Shown here one piece after another: positions 55,939 to 64,000 of a DNA stretch of 64,000 nucleotides; within the stretch, counting starts at the first letter, position 1, and each line of letters opens with the position of its first letter. The position numbers were made by a program, and so were the translations under genes. Source of the DNA: an uncultured Phycisphaerales bacterium (lineage in GTDB: Bacteria; Planctomycetota; Phycisphaerae; Tepidisphaerales; Tepidisphaeraceae). The stretch spans positions 1,504,001 through 1,568,000 of the forward strand of contig CAVWLP010000002.1 in the NCBI GenBank assembly GCA_963755915.1. The letters run 5' to 3'. The notes under the pieces were generated by a model. That model searched no databases. It saw only the letters and a program-made list of their open reading frames with translations, and had not been told where the DNA came from.

Positions 55939-57002
55939 TCAACCGGCGGCCTTGGATTGCTTGCGGGCTTTTTCCAAAACGATCCCCATCGAGCGGAACT
56001 TTTCGTAGCGGCGTTCGAGTAGGTTTTCGGTCTTTTGCCGCTTCAATTCGCGGATGGCTCGAGCGACATATTGCTCGAGGTTGTGAGCGGCGGTATGTGG
56101 ATCGCGGTGAGCGCCGCCCAGCGGTTCGCTGATAACCGAGTCGACGATTCCAAGCTGCTTGAGATGCGAGCTGGTGAGGCGAAGACTATCGGCAAGCTGC
56201 GCCGCGCCGTCGCTTCCCTTGAACAGAATGGCGGAACAGGCTTCGGGGCTGATGACCGAATACCAGGCGAATTCCATCATGGCCACGCGATCGGCGACAC
56301 CGATGCCCAGCGCGCCGCCGCTGCCCCCTTCGCCAATCACGACGGAAACAACCGGGGTTTTAAGCCGGCTCATCTCCATCAGATTTCGCGCAATGCTCTC
56401 GGCCTGTCCGCGTTCCTCAGCGCCGACACCTGGATAAGCGCCGGGGTATCGATGAACGTGACGACCGGGAGACCAAACTTTTCAGCAAGCTGCATCGCCC
56501 GAAGCGCCTTACGATATCCCTCCGGGTGGGCGAGGCCGAAAAAGCACTTGATCTTCTCCTTGGTGTCGCGGCCCTTGTGATGGCCGATGAGCACGACCTT
56601 TTGCCCGCTAAGGCGGGCCAGGCCCGTAACGACCGCGGGGTCGTCCCCAAACCGGCGATCGCCGTGAAGCTCGCGAAACTCCGGGCAGATCATTTCGAGA
56701 TAGTCGCGAAGCTGAGGGCGCTGCGGATGACGCGCGACTTGAACCGTTTCCCAGGCCGACAGATTGTCATAGATTTTGCGGAGAAGGGCGGTGTAGTTGG
56801 AGCGTAGCTGGCGAAGCTCCTTGGCATAATCAACCTGTTTTTGCTGCTGGAGGGCTTCAAGTTCCTGAACCTGAAGCTCGATCTGAGCCAGCGGCTTTTC
56901 GAATTCGAGGACATGCCTGGGCCCGCCGCGGGCCAAGCCGTTGGTCGAGGTGCTCTCCTGCGGGAGGTCCTGATTCTTGCCGAAAGAGGGGGAATCGCTC
57001 AT
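55939..57002 (-). CDS. accA: Acetyl-CoA carboxylase carboxyltransferase alpha subunit (frameshift ~56421)
   Basis: [37 protein letters not shown] (repaired), [24 protein letters not shown]. Confidence 0.95.
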
Positions 57003-57191
57003 AGCGTAGAAGTTTCGAGCAGGGAGGCAGTAGGCTATCCGAGCGGGTGACGGTTTTCAATGCGGGAGAGGGCAGGATCGGAGCGGTTGACAAAGGGCGG
57101 AAGATGGATATTTTGATCGTTCAAAATAAGGACTGCGTAGCTTCGAAATAGGGCGGATCGGGAGGTCGTGGGTTTTTGGGAAGGAATGGGC

Positions 57192-58610
57192 ATGAGAAAT
57201 CCTCTACTCGGCGTTGCACTCGCGTTAATTTTGATTTCCATGGGGCTCGGCAGGGCGATGGCGGATGAAATGCCAGACGTTGCGGCTAGTGAGCCCTCTA
57301 CCGCGGCATCGACTGAAGCGTCAACGACGCCGGGCAATACAGAGCAATTATGGAATTTTCACTTTCAGACGACGGCGGTCGTGCAGGGCGATCCCGCGTT
57401 TTCGGCGCAGTATTCCGGGCCCAACAGCCTAACCAACACGGGGGAAGTCAAGGACGCCCTCTCTTTGGATTTGTTCGGCGGTCTACGGCTATGGGACGGC
57501 GCCGAAATGCACGTTGACGGCTTTCTCTGGCAGGGATTCGGATTAACTAACAGTCTTGGTGTGGAAGACTTTCCAAACGCGGCCGCAGCCAAGGCCGGCA
57601 CCTACACGCCGGCATTTAGCTTCACTCGTTTGTTTATTCGCCAGACCATCGGCCTGGGCGGGGATCAGGAAGATGTCGCCGATGACCAGCTAACCCTGGC
57701 CGGCAAACAGGACATCTCCAGAATCACAATTACCCTCGGCCGATTTACGCCCGCCGACATGTTCGACACAAATACCTACGCCAACAATGCGGCAACGCAG
57801 TTCCTCAACTGGGCATTCGTCAACAATGTCGCCTGGGATTACCCGGCTGACGCCATCGGATTCACCACCGGCGTCAGCGTGGAATTGAACCAACCCAATT
57901 GGACGTTACGCTACGGTTTTTTCCAGATGCCCAGCGACTCAAATTTTTGGACGGCCGAGGATGGCGGCATTTTGACCTATCCGGCCATGAGCCCGGCCGG
58001 CGACGGCAAGTTCTGGAAATCCTGGGGGATGCCGACAGAGCTCGAGACGCGATACAAGATCAAGTCGCATCCGGGCGCCCTTCGCCTCGACGCGTGGGTG
58101 AATCAGGCTGATATGGGCAGCTACTCGCAGGCGCTATTCGAGCCCGGCGCCAACATTCTCCTGACTCGCTCCTACCGCTATAAATACGGCTTCGGCATCA
58201 ATTGGGAACAGGAAGTCGCGGACAATGTTGGAATATTTTCTCGCCTGGGCTGGAACGACGGTAAGGAGGAAGCCTGGGCCTACACGGATGTCAATTATTC
58301 GTTGTCTGCCGGTCTGAGCGTCAATGGGACCGTCTGGAACCGTCCCAACGATACCTTTGGCTTTGCCGGCGTAATCAGCGGCGCCTCGACGGAGAATCAG
58401 CGATTCCTCGAGGCCGGAGGCACCGGAATTCTCGATGGCGACGGTGCGCTGACCTATGGCTGGGAAAAAGTCATCGAAACCTATTACGACATCGCGTTCT
58501 GGCAAAACATACACTTCGCGCTCGATTACCAGTATGTGGACAATCCCGCCTTCAACCGCGACCGCGGGCCGGTATCGATTTTCGCCGCCAGGATTCACTG
58601 GCAGATATGA
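57192..58610 (+). CDS. OprB-family (carbohydrate-selective) porin
   Basis: Signal peptide; WNFHFQTT, RLFIRQTIGLGG, FLNW..AWDYPAD, FSRLGWNDG, ETYY, DYQYVDNPAFNRDRGPV..RIHWQI. Confidence 0.85.
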   Translation: MRNPLLGVALALILISMGLGRAMADEMPDVAASEPSTAASTEASTTPGNTEQLWNFHFQTTAVVQGDPAFSAQYSGPNSLTNTGEVKDALSLDLFGGLRLWDGAEMHVDGFLWQGFGLTNSLGVEDFPNAAAAKAGTYTPAFSFTRLFIRQTIGLGGDQEDVADDQLTLAGKQDISRITITLGRFTPADMFDTNTYANNAATQFLNWAFVNNVAWDYPADAIGFTTGVSVELNQPNWTLRYGFFQMPSDSNFWTAEDGGILTYPAMSPAGDGKFWKSWGMPTELETRYKIKSHPGALRLDAWVNQADMGSYSQALFEPGANILLTRSYRYKYGFGINWEQEVADNVGIFSRLGWNDGKEEAWAYTDVNYSLSAGLSVNGTVWNRPNDTFGFAGVISGASTENQRFLEAGGTGILDGDGALTYGWEKVIETYYDIAFWQNIHFALDYQYVDNPAFNRDRGPVSIFAARIHWQI

Positions 58611-58627
58611 GCCGATTTGGGGGAGCC

Positions 58628-59795
58628 CTATTGCTCGCTGGAATAATTGGCGTTGCTCAGGGCCCGGGCGATGCTGATCAGGCCGGAGATTTCCGCGTTG
58701 GTGTCCTGCTGAGAGTGGACCCAATCGGCCGCGTGGGAAGGGCCGCCGCATTTGGTCCAGGCTTCGGCGATTCGCCCGCACGCGTCGGCGGCGATGGTAG
58801 TGTCAGTAATCGTTGAAAGGGCCTCCCGCGCGGCATTGAGCGCCTGGGCGGCGCCGGGAAGATCGTCGGATTTGGCCAGTGCCTCGGCAATGCTCGAGTC
58901 GGCACTCACCTGATCGAATTGATCGGTGACTTCGCCGGCCGTCGCCCTCGCGGTGCTAACGTCACCCATCTGCGCCTGGGCAATGGCGATCTGGCTGGCG
59001 ATAAAGGAGGGGTCAATTTTTCGCAAATCATCGGCCGCGGCCTGGTTTCCCGCTTTCACCTCCGCCCGCGCAATTGCGCCGTAGACGCTGCGCGAAAGAT
59101 AGCCGGGGACCTGGTCAGCGGCGGCGCGGGCTTGCTCGAGCGTGCTGCGCGGCGGAAGAATCGCCGGCTTTGATCTGGGCTTCGGCGACGGCGATATAGG
59201 TCAGCGCCTGTTCGCTTGAGTCCTCCAGATTTCCCGCGGTCTTGGCGGCCGCGGCGATGTTGCCCTGGGCGGCCTGGGCCCTGGCGATCGCGGCGTAGCT
59301 GCGGGTGCGGTAGATCTGGCTGGTTTGCGAGCAGTAGCCGATCGCGCCATTGATGTCGCCTCGCGCGGCCAGGGCCTCGACGATATGCTCAAAGGCCATG
59401 CTTTTCGCGCTGGAGTCGTCGATCGCGTTGGCGGCGGAAACGGCGCTGGGAATGTCTCCCGCGGCGGCGCGAGCGCCGGCGATGGCAGCGTAGGCGTCCA
59501 TTCGCCAGCCGTTTTCGGTTTCGGTGGTTTGCGAATTGGCGGAAACGTCGATCGTAATCGCGTCGGCGGTTTGGAGGGCGGAAGTGAAGTCGCCGGTCTG
59601 GGCTTGCGCAGTGGCGATCACATCCAGGGTCTGTGCTTTTAACTGACCATCGTCGATCCGGTTCGCGTTTGCCAGGGCATCGGCAAGAAGGCTTTGGCTG
59701 GTGACCTTGTCGGCAAAGACATTCGGAGAAGCCAGGGTCAGCAGCGCGATTGCGATCGCCGGAGTCAATCGAGCAAGAGTGTGTTTGGTATGCAT
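58628..59795 (-). CDS. Secreted Ala-rich helical-repeat (TPR-like) protein (frameshifts ~59145 and ~59065)
   Basis: Signal peptide from ATG 59795; repeats IA.AQA..GD...A..TA..I across ORFs 59115-60098 and 58628-59059. Confidence 0.7.
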
Positions 59796-60003
59796 AGAGT
59801 TATTGGGGGTGAACCCCTTTAGGCGAAATCGGCGACGGTGCGGGGGGGCTTGAGAAGAGAGGAAGACGTTGGTGATTTTGCGGGCAGTTAACGCGAACGA
59901 ATCGGGATATCGGACGGTGAACGACTGGAATGGATTGAAGGAGATGCAAACGATGGTCTGGCGAGTGAAAGGCGGTTGATGTAGGATCGCGCGGCTATTT
60001 TTA

Positions 60004-60090
60004 GGAGAGGTGGCAGAGTGGTTGAATGCGCCGGTTTCGAAAACCGGTCTGCCCGCAAGGGTAGCGGGAGTTCGAATCTCCCCCTCTCCG
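60004..60090 (+). tRNA. tRNA-Ser(CGA)
   Basis: Acceptor GGAGAGG/CCTCTCC + G73; anticodon arm CCGGT-TTCGAAA-ACCGG; long variable arm CTGCCC-GCAA-GGGTAG; T-arm GGGAG-TTCGAAT-CTCCC; CCA not encoded. Confidence 0.97.
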
Positions 60091-60100
60091 TTTGCCAAGC

Positions 60101-60134
60101 CGCCCGCGAATCATAAAGACTTGATTCGCGGGCG
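60101..60134. terminator. 13-bp stem-loop after tRNA (terminator-like / island edge)
   Basis: CGCCCGCGAATCA-taaagact-TGATTCGCGGGCG. Confidence 0.6.
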
Positions 60135-60167
60135 ATTGTATTTCTGGGACGTTCTCAGGTTCACCCG

Positions 60168-60198
60168 TTTGTGGCGGTTTTGTGGCGTTTTGTGGCGG
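60168..60198. repeat. Three tandem TTTGTGGCG direct repeats, putative integrase arm-type sites
   Basis: tttgtggcgg-ttttgtggcg-ttttgtggcgg with 10-11 bp period, between tRNA and integrase. Confidence 0.6.
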
Positions 60199-61589
60199 GA
60201 GAATTCTCTGAGGATGTCGTGGCTACAACTCGCTCTTCGTTTCGAATTGGCAAGGTTCGAGGGTATTTACGCGGCAAGGTTTGGTACCTGTGCTATCACG
60301 AGAATGGCCGACGTCGCCGGCCCCGCGTCGGTGCAGATTTTCACGTCGCCAAACAGTTTGCGGCGCAGATCAACGCTCAGCTGGAAAGCGATCATCCGAC
60401 GCTGCACAGTTTTGAGCCGATTTCGATCCCAGAGCTGAGAGCTCGCTGGTTGGAGCACCACGAGCATGTTCTGCGCTCCTCGGTCCACACCATCAGCCGC
60501 TATCGCACGGCCACGGAGCACCTGCTCAAATTCCTTGAGCACCACCCCGTCAAGCTTACGTCGCTCTTCAACAGCCGCACTGCCGAAGCGTTCGTTCGCT
60601 ATCTCCGCACGATCGAAGTGGCGCCCAACGGACATGAGAATTCGGCGAAGCGAAGGCTTTTGGATAAGGGCGTGAAGTACATTCTTGAATGCTGCCGCGC
60701 CCTGTTCAGCTACGCCGCCAAACGGCGGCACCTGTCCGCCTATGCGGAAAATCCTTTTATTGTGATCGAAGTGGACCGTATGCCCGTAGAAGATGCCAAG
60801 CCGATCGTGCTGCTCACACCAGAACAGGAGAGGCGGTTCCTGGAGGAATGCGATGACTGGCAGTGTCCAATCTTCCTCACCCTGATGTTGACGGGTCTGC
60901 GACCTGGCGAATTGTGCCATCTGCTGGTCAGTGATGTGGATTTGAAGGCAGGGATCCTGCGGATCAGGAACAAACCGCAGCTGGGGTGGCAAATTAAGAC
61001 TCGGTCGGAGCGAGACTTGCCGCTGGTGCAAGTGCTGGTCGACGTTCTCAGGCAACAGATCGGCACACGTAGCACCGGCTGCTTGTTTCGCCGGCGACGG
61101 TTTGACGGCGAGGTTGAGATCCCGGTTCTGCATACTTTAAATGCGCACGGGCTGATTGCGGAAGGTCCCGTGCGATTAGCCGAAGCCACCCTCGGCGGAA
61201 CCTTGACGCGGATCAGGCGCCTGGCGGTGTTGCGAACGATTTGGCGGGATATGGGGGCGTTGAAGGAGGACCGAGTGCGCACGGAGTTCATTCGGATTTG
61301 CCGTAGGATCGGACTGCGGCAGCTCTCGGCGCCAAAACTGCTGCGGCATGGCTTTGCCACGGCGCTGCAGGATGCCAACATCGATCCGCTGGTGCGGAAC
61401 CTATTGATGGGCCACGCCCCCGCTGACGGCCGAGTGTCCGGAGGCGGGCTGGGTATGACCGCCGTCTACACACACACGCGGCCCGAGACGATTCGAAAAC
61501 AATTGGAGACGGCGATGTCTGCCCGGCCCCTCTTGTTTGCCGCGGCGCGGCGATGGTCCGATGGAAGATCCCAAGATGCTGCCGCGTGA
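60171..61589 (+). CDS. Tyrosine recombinase/integrase (likely start GTG 60219)
   Basis: TGLRPGELCHL (R), IKT (K), LRHGFAT, LMGH, TAVYTH (Y); adjacent to tRNA 3' end. Confidence 0.92.
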   Translation: MAVLWRFVAGEFSEDVVATTRSSFRIGKVRGYLRGKVWYLCYHENGRRRRPRVGADFHVAKQFAAQINAQLESDHPTLHSFEPISIPELRARWLEHHEHVLRSSVHTISRYRTATEHLLKFLEHHPVKLTSLFNSRTAEAFVRYLRTIEVAPNGHENSAKRRLLDKGVKYILECCRALFSYAAKRRHLSAYAENPFIVIEVDRMPVEDAKPIVLLTPEQERRFLEECDDWQCPIFLTLMLTGLRPGELCHLLVSDVDLKAGILRIRNKPQLGWQIKTRSERDLPLVQVLVDVLRQQIGTRSTGCLFRRRRFDGEVEIPVLHTLNAHGLIAEGPVRLAEATLGGTLTRIRRLAVLRTIWRDMGALKEDRVRTEFIRICRRIGLRQLSAPKLLRHGFATALQDANIDPLVRNLLMGHAPADGRVSGGGLGMTAVYTHTRPETIRKQLETAMSARPLLFAAARRWSDGRSQDAAA

Positions 61590-61606
61590 GCATCGATGCC
61601 ACGTCA

Positions 61607-61680
61607 TGAGACTAGATTCGCGGGTAAAAATCCTTCGATCCGGACGAAGTGAACTAGGTTCAAATCCTAGTTCCCCACCA
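61607..61680 (+). ncRNA. Degenerate tRNA-like cloverleaf (pseudo-tRNA, CCG at anticodon position)
   Basis: D-stem GATT/AATC, stem CTTCG-ATCCGGA-CGAAG, perfect T-arm CTAGG-TTCAAAT-CCTAG, 3' ACCA; acceptor stem does not pair. Confidence 0.55.
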
Positions 61681-62253
61681 GTTTCCACCCGCCATCCGCT
61701 AAAGGTTCCGAATCGGAGTCCGGTATTTGTGCCTCGCCATCCGGGCCCTCCAAAGCCGCCTATAGTGTGGCATCAAATTAGATCTGGCGGCAACACGGTC
61801 ATATTTGAGGCTCTCTCCACAAGCTCGAAGCGGGCAGGCTCATGTTTATTGAGTGCAATTACTAAATTTACATTGGAAGTGCGTCATAATAAATGAGCTG
61901 GTAAATCATTATTGATGGTGACATTTTCGTTGATTGCTGACTAGTCTGGAGACCATCCTGCACTTAGCCTCATACTGGTTCAGCTCGGCCTACAGACAAT
62001 CGAAGGTGCTGAATCGGCCATTCGGGGGGACCTGGGCCCCGGTTGGACGTTCGATAGACTGATAACCTCTCCCTTTCGACTGATTGGATCTGCTAAATAT
62101 TCCCTGAAAACGTGTCATAATATTTGACCGCGGATATAGCCTTCAGCGGACGCGTCGTCCGGCCTTCCAACCCCATCTTTTTCTGCCCTCTACCGACTAT
62201 CCGCAAGTCCATTTCACTTTACGCCCGGCCGAATCGGCCGGGAAGGAGATCCT

Positions 62254-62808
62254 ATGCTACTCAGTTCTGATTCCCGCATGTGCCAAGCCGGAGATGATCC
62301 CGGCAGTGTTGCGGGCTTCACCTATCGGTTCGAATCTCGGCCGGTCAATCGCTTGCTAGGACGGGGTGGCCGCATGGCCGATACCCCTGACCCGTCGCGT
62401 TATGCAACCTTGTTCCGGCGTCTAAGAAGTGAATACGGCGGCCAATTGCGCTATGGTTTCATGCTGCCGGTCAATCTTTTGCTCAGCGGAGTGGTTGCCC
62501 ATCCGATCTATCACGAACGGCGGGTGCCGCAGATGGCCCCGATGGCGCTGTTTGTGCGTCAGGGCCGATTTTGGAGTGTTCGCGCAGTGATTTTGGTCAT
62601 GTCCGGGGGCGATCCGGCGATGGCGGATAAGCTCGCGCAGCTCTACGCGGATTTTGGGGTGAAGTTGCTCGTGCTGAGCCGGGCCACAGTTGATTCTGGT
62701 CACCTTAATGGAGATGAGTTCGACCGCCAGCTGAAGTTGGCGCTGTTCCCATCTCTCCATGCCCCATCCCAGCGGCCCGCTTCCGCCGAGAACATTGCTG
62801 TTGCCTGA
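62254..62808 (+). CDS. Hypothetical protein
   Basis: Strong AAGGAG RBS before ATG; 184 codons. Confidence 0.6.
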   Translation: MLLSSDSRMCQAGDDPGSVAGFTYRFESRPVNRLLGRGGRMADTPDPSRYATLFRRLRSEYGGQLRYGFMLPVNLLLSGVVAHPIYHERRVPQMAPMALFVRQGRFWSVRAVILVMSGGDPAMADKLAQLYADFGVKLLVLSRATVDSGHLNGDEFDRQLKLALFPSLHAPSQRPASAENIAVA

Positions 62809-62936
62809 ATAACGCCCTGCTCTTTGCAGGTCGCCCGCCTCCTTATCTCGCCTTCGCGCGTGCGAGGGCGGTTGTGTTTCGTAAAAACACGACCGTCCCC
62901 GCACGGGGACGGTCTCCATCCAGAAGGGAACGTCCC

Positions 62937-63554
62937 ATGAGTGCTGTTCTTTCCACGTCTGCCTCCTGGCAGGCAGGGTTTCTTGCTGTCGTTCCAGTCA
63001 TTAAAAACTATGCACAATTTCAGTTCCGAACGCTTGCGAATGAGCGCCGCCAAGACGCCATTCAGGAGGCCATTACCTCCGCTTGCATTTCCTACCAAAG
63101 TCTGGCGGCAAAAGGAAAATTGCAAGTCGCGACCGCGGCAACGCTGGCCACTTTCGCCGTGAAACAGGTTCGTGCGGGTCGGCGAGTCGGGGGTGTGCAA
63201 GACCGCGCCAAAGATGTCCTGTCATCCGTAGCGCGTCGCAAACATGGCATACGGGTGCTGAGTTATCAAGGTACTCCATCAGGCCGCTATGCCGAGGATT
63301 CGCTGTGCGCCGTAATCGCCGATCGAAAGGCGTCGATTCCAGACGTCGCGGCATTCAGGGTTGATTTCAGTGAATGGCTTAAAACTTTGACCCATCGCGA
63401 TCGCCGAATCATTGCAGCTTTGGCCAGTCGCGAGCGTACCAGCAGGGTGGCAGAAAGATTCAGCCTCACGGCCGGACGCATATCACAATTGAGACGCCGA
63501 TACGAATGGAGCTGGCAAAGATTCCAGCGCCAGGCCGTCGATTTATCGGCGTAG
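62937..63554 (+). CDS. Hypothetical protein with ECF-sigma-like layout and C-terminal HTH
   Basis: QDAIQEA region-2-like helix; WLKTLTHRDRRII..TSRVAERFSLTAGRISQLRRR region-4-like HTH. Confidence 0.65.
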   Translation: MSAVLSTSASWQAGFLAVVPVIKNYAQFQFRTLANERRQDAIQEAITSACISYQSLAAKGKLQVATAATLATFAVKQVRAGRRVGGVQDRAKDVLSSVARRKHGIRVLSYQGTPSGRYAEDSLCAVIADRKASIPDVAAFRVDFSEWLKTLTHRDRRIIAALASRERTSRVAERFSLTAGRISQLRRRYEWSWQRFQRQAVDLSA

Positions 63555-63730
63555 CCCCCAAGCCCTTCCCCCTTACCTCCGGAGTCCATTGTTCGTGCAA
63601 AAAGCATTGTCGGCTGCACTTCGGAAATTGGCCGCGATCACCGTGGCGCTGGCGACAGGTTCGGTGCTGGGCGCGATCGCGACAGCGAAGTGGGGATTGT
63701 CAACCCCAGGCGCAATAATCCCTATACTTC

Positions 63731-64000
63731 TCACGCCGCGGCATCGCGGGTCATTCGTGATTCCAACACTTTTAGTGCCGGCGCCATGGTTCTGCGGACG
63801 GCCGCTTGGTACTGCTCGGCCAACCGGTTGATATGTGTGTAAACATGGATCGCGGCACGTCCGGAGCTGTGGCCGAGCAGGTACTGGCGCGTGGGCTCCG
63901 GCATCCCCGCGTTGGCCATTGTTGTCGCAAACAGATGTCTAAGATCTTTCAACGTCGATTGCTTCGGCCAGCCCAGGGCACGAGCGATCCGCACGAACTC
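63731..64000 (-). CDS. Second tyrosine recombinase, C-terminal part (truncated by window edge)
   Basis: EFVRIAR..TLKDLRHLFATTMANAG..YLLGH..IHVYTH, paralogous to 60171-61589. Confidence 0.85.
   Translation of the reverse strand, partial: EFVRIARALGWPKQSTLKDLRHLFATTMANAGMPEPTRQYLLGHSSGRAAIHVYTHINRLAEQYQAAVRRTMAPALKVLESRMTRDAAA

Larger units (their letters stand above)
60091..64000. mobile_element. Left edge of a tRNA-Ser-anchored integrative element / genomic island
   Basis: tRNA, then arm-like repeats, integrase, AT-richer spacer, hypothetical genes and a second integrase; far att site not in window. Confidence 0.7.

Noticed and set aside
4488-57002. Calling asd, accA, shc, hpnH, hpnO, the GT41s and the sulfotransferase pseudogenes
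   Set aside because: Isolated indels with intact motifs and no visible decay, including essential genes; sequencing error is more parsimonious
59796-60098. N-terminal extension of ORF 59115-60098 and ORF 60010-60438
   Set aside because: Both overlap tRNA-Ser; spurious translation
61650-61680. att duplicate of tRNA-Ser closing a minimal island
   Set aside because: T-arm and 3' sequence differ from tRNA-Ser(CGA); no direct repeat of its 3' end was seen in the window

Overview
High-GC bacterial DNA, most likely Planctomycetota/Phycisphaerae (Tepidisphaeraceae-like). This is inferred from LEPRxLL-type N-termini, PEP-CTERM proteins with dockerin-like tails, TIGR03032 and hopanoid genes. About 20 single-base frameshifts break clearly conserved genes (asd, accA, shc, hpnH, hpnO). 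Most sit at GCGC, which points to long-read errors at a methylated motif rather than real pseudogenes. Layout: 1-5.5 kb housekeeping genes (parA, HIT, tyrA, GT4, asd) with several REP-like repeat families. 5.7-17.4 kb three tandem PEP-CTERM surface proteins sharing one C-terminal module, flanked by glycosyltransferases. 17.8-31.9 kb hemL and a hopanoid cluster (hpnG, hpnH, shc, hpnO, hpnN) with interleaved glycosyltransferases and a beta-barrel gene. 32-55 kb a surface-protein locus: TIGR03032, a ~2,150-aa LEPRxLL protein, an S53 protease with both LEPRxLL and PEP-CTERM, two TPR-GT41 genes, a PEP-CTERM protein and a TPR-sulfotransferase. The giant gene is split by an IS21 nested inside another IS21; both insertions have exact target duplications, and both elements share a covarying structured motif at the end of istB. 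55-60 kb recR, a palindromic MITE, accA, an OprB-family porin and a helical-repeat protein. 60-64 kb tRNA-Ser(CGA) followed by the edge of an integrative element with two convergent tyrosine recombinases and a degenerate tRNA-like cloverleaf.
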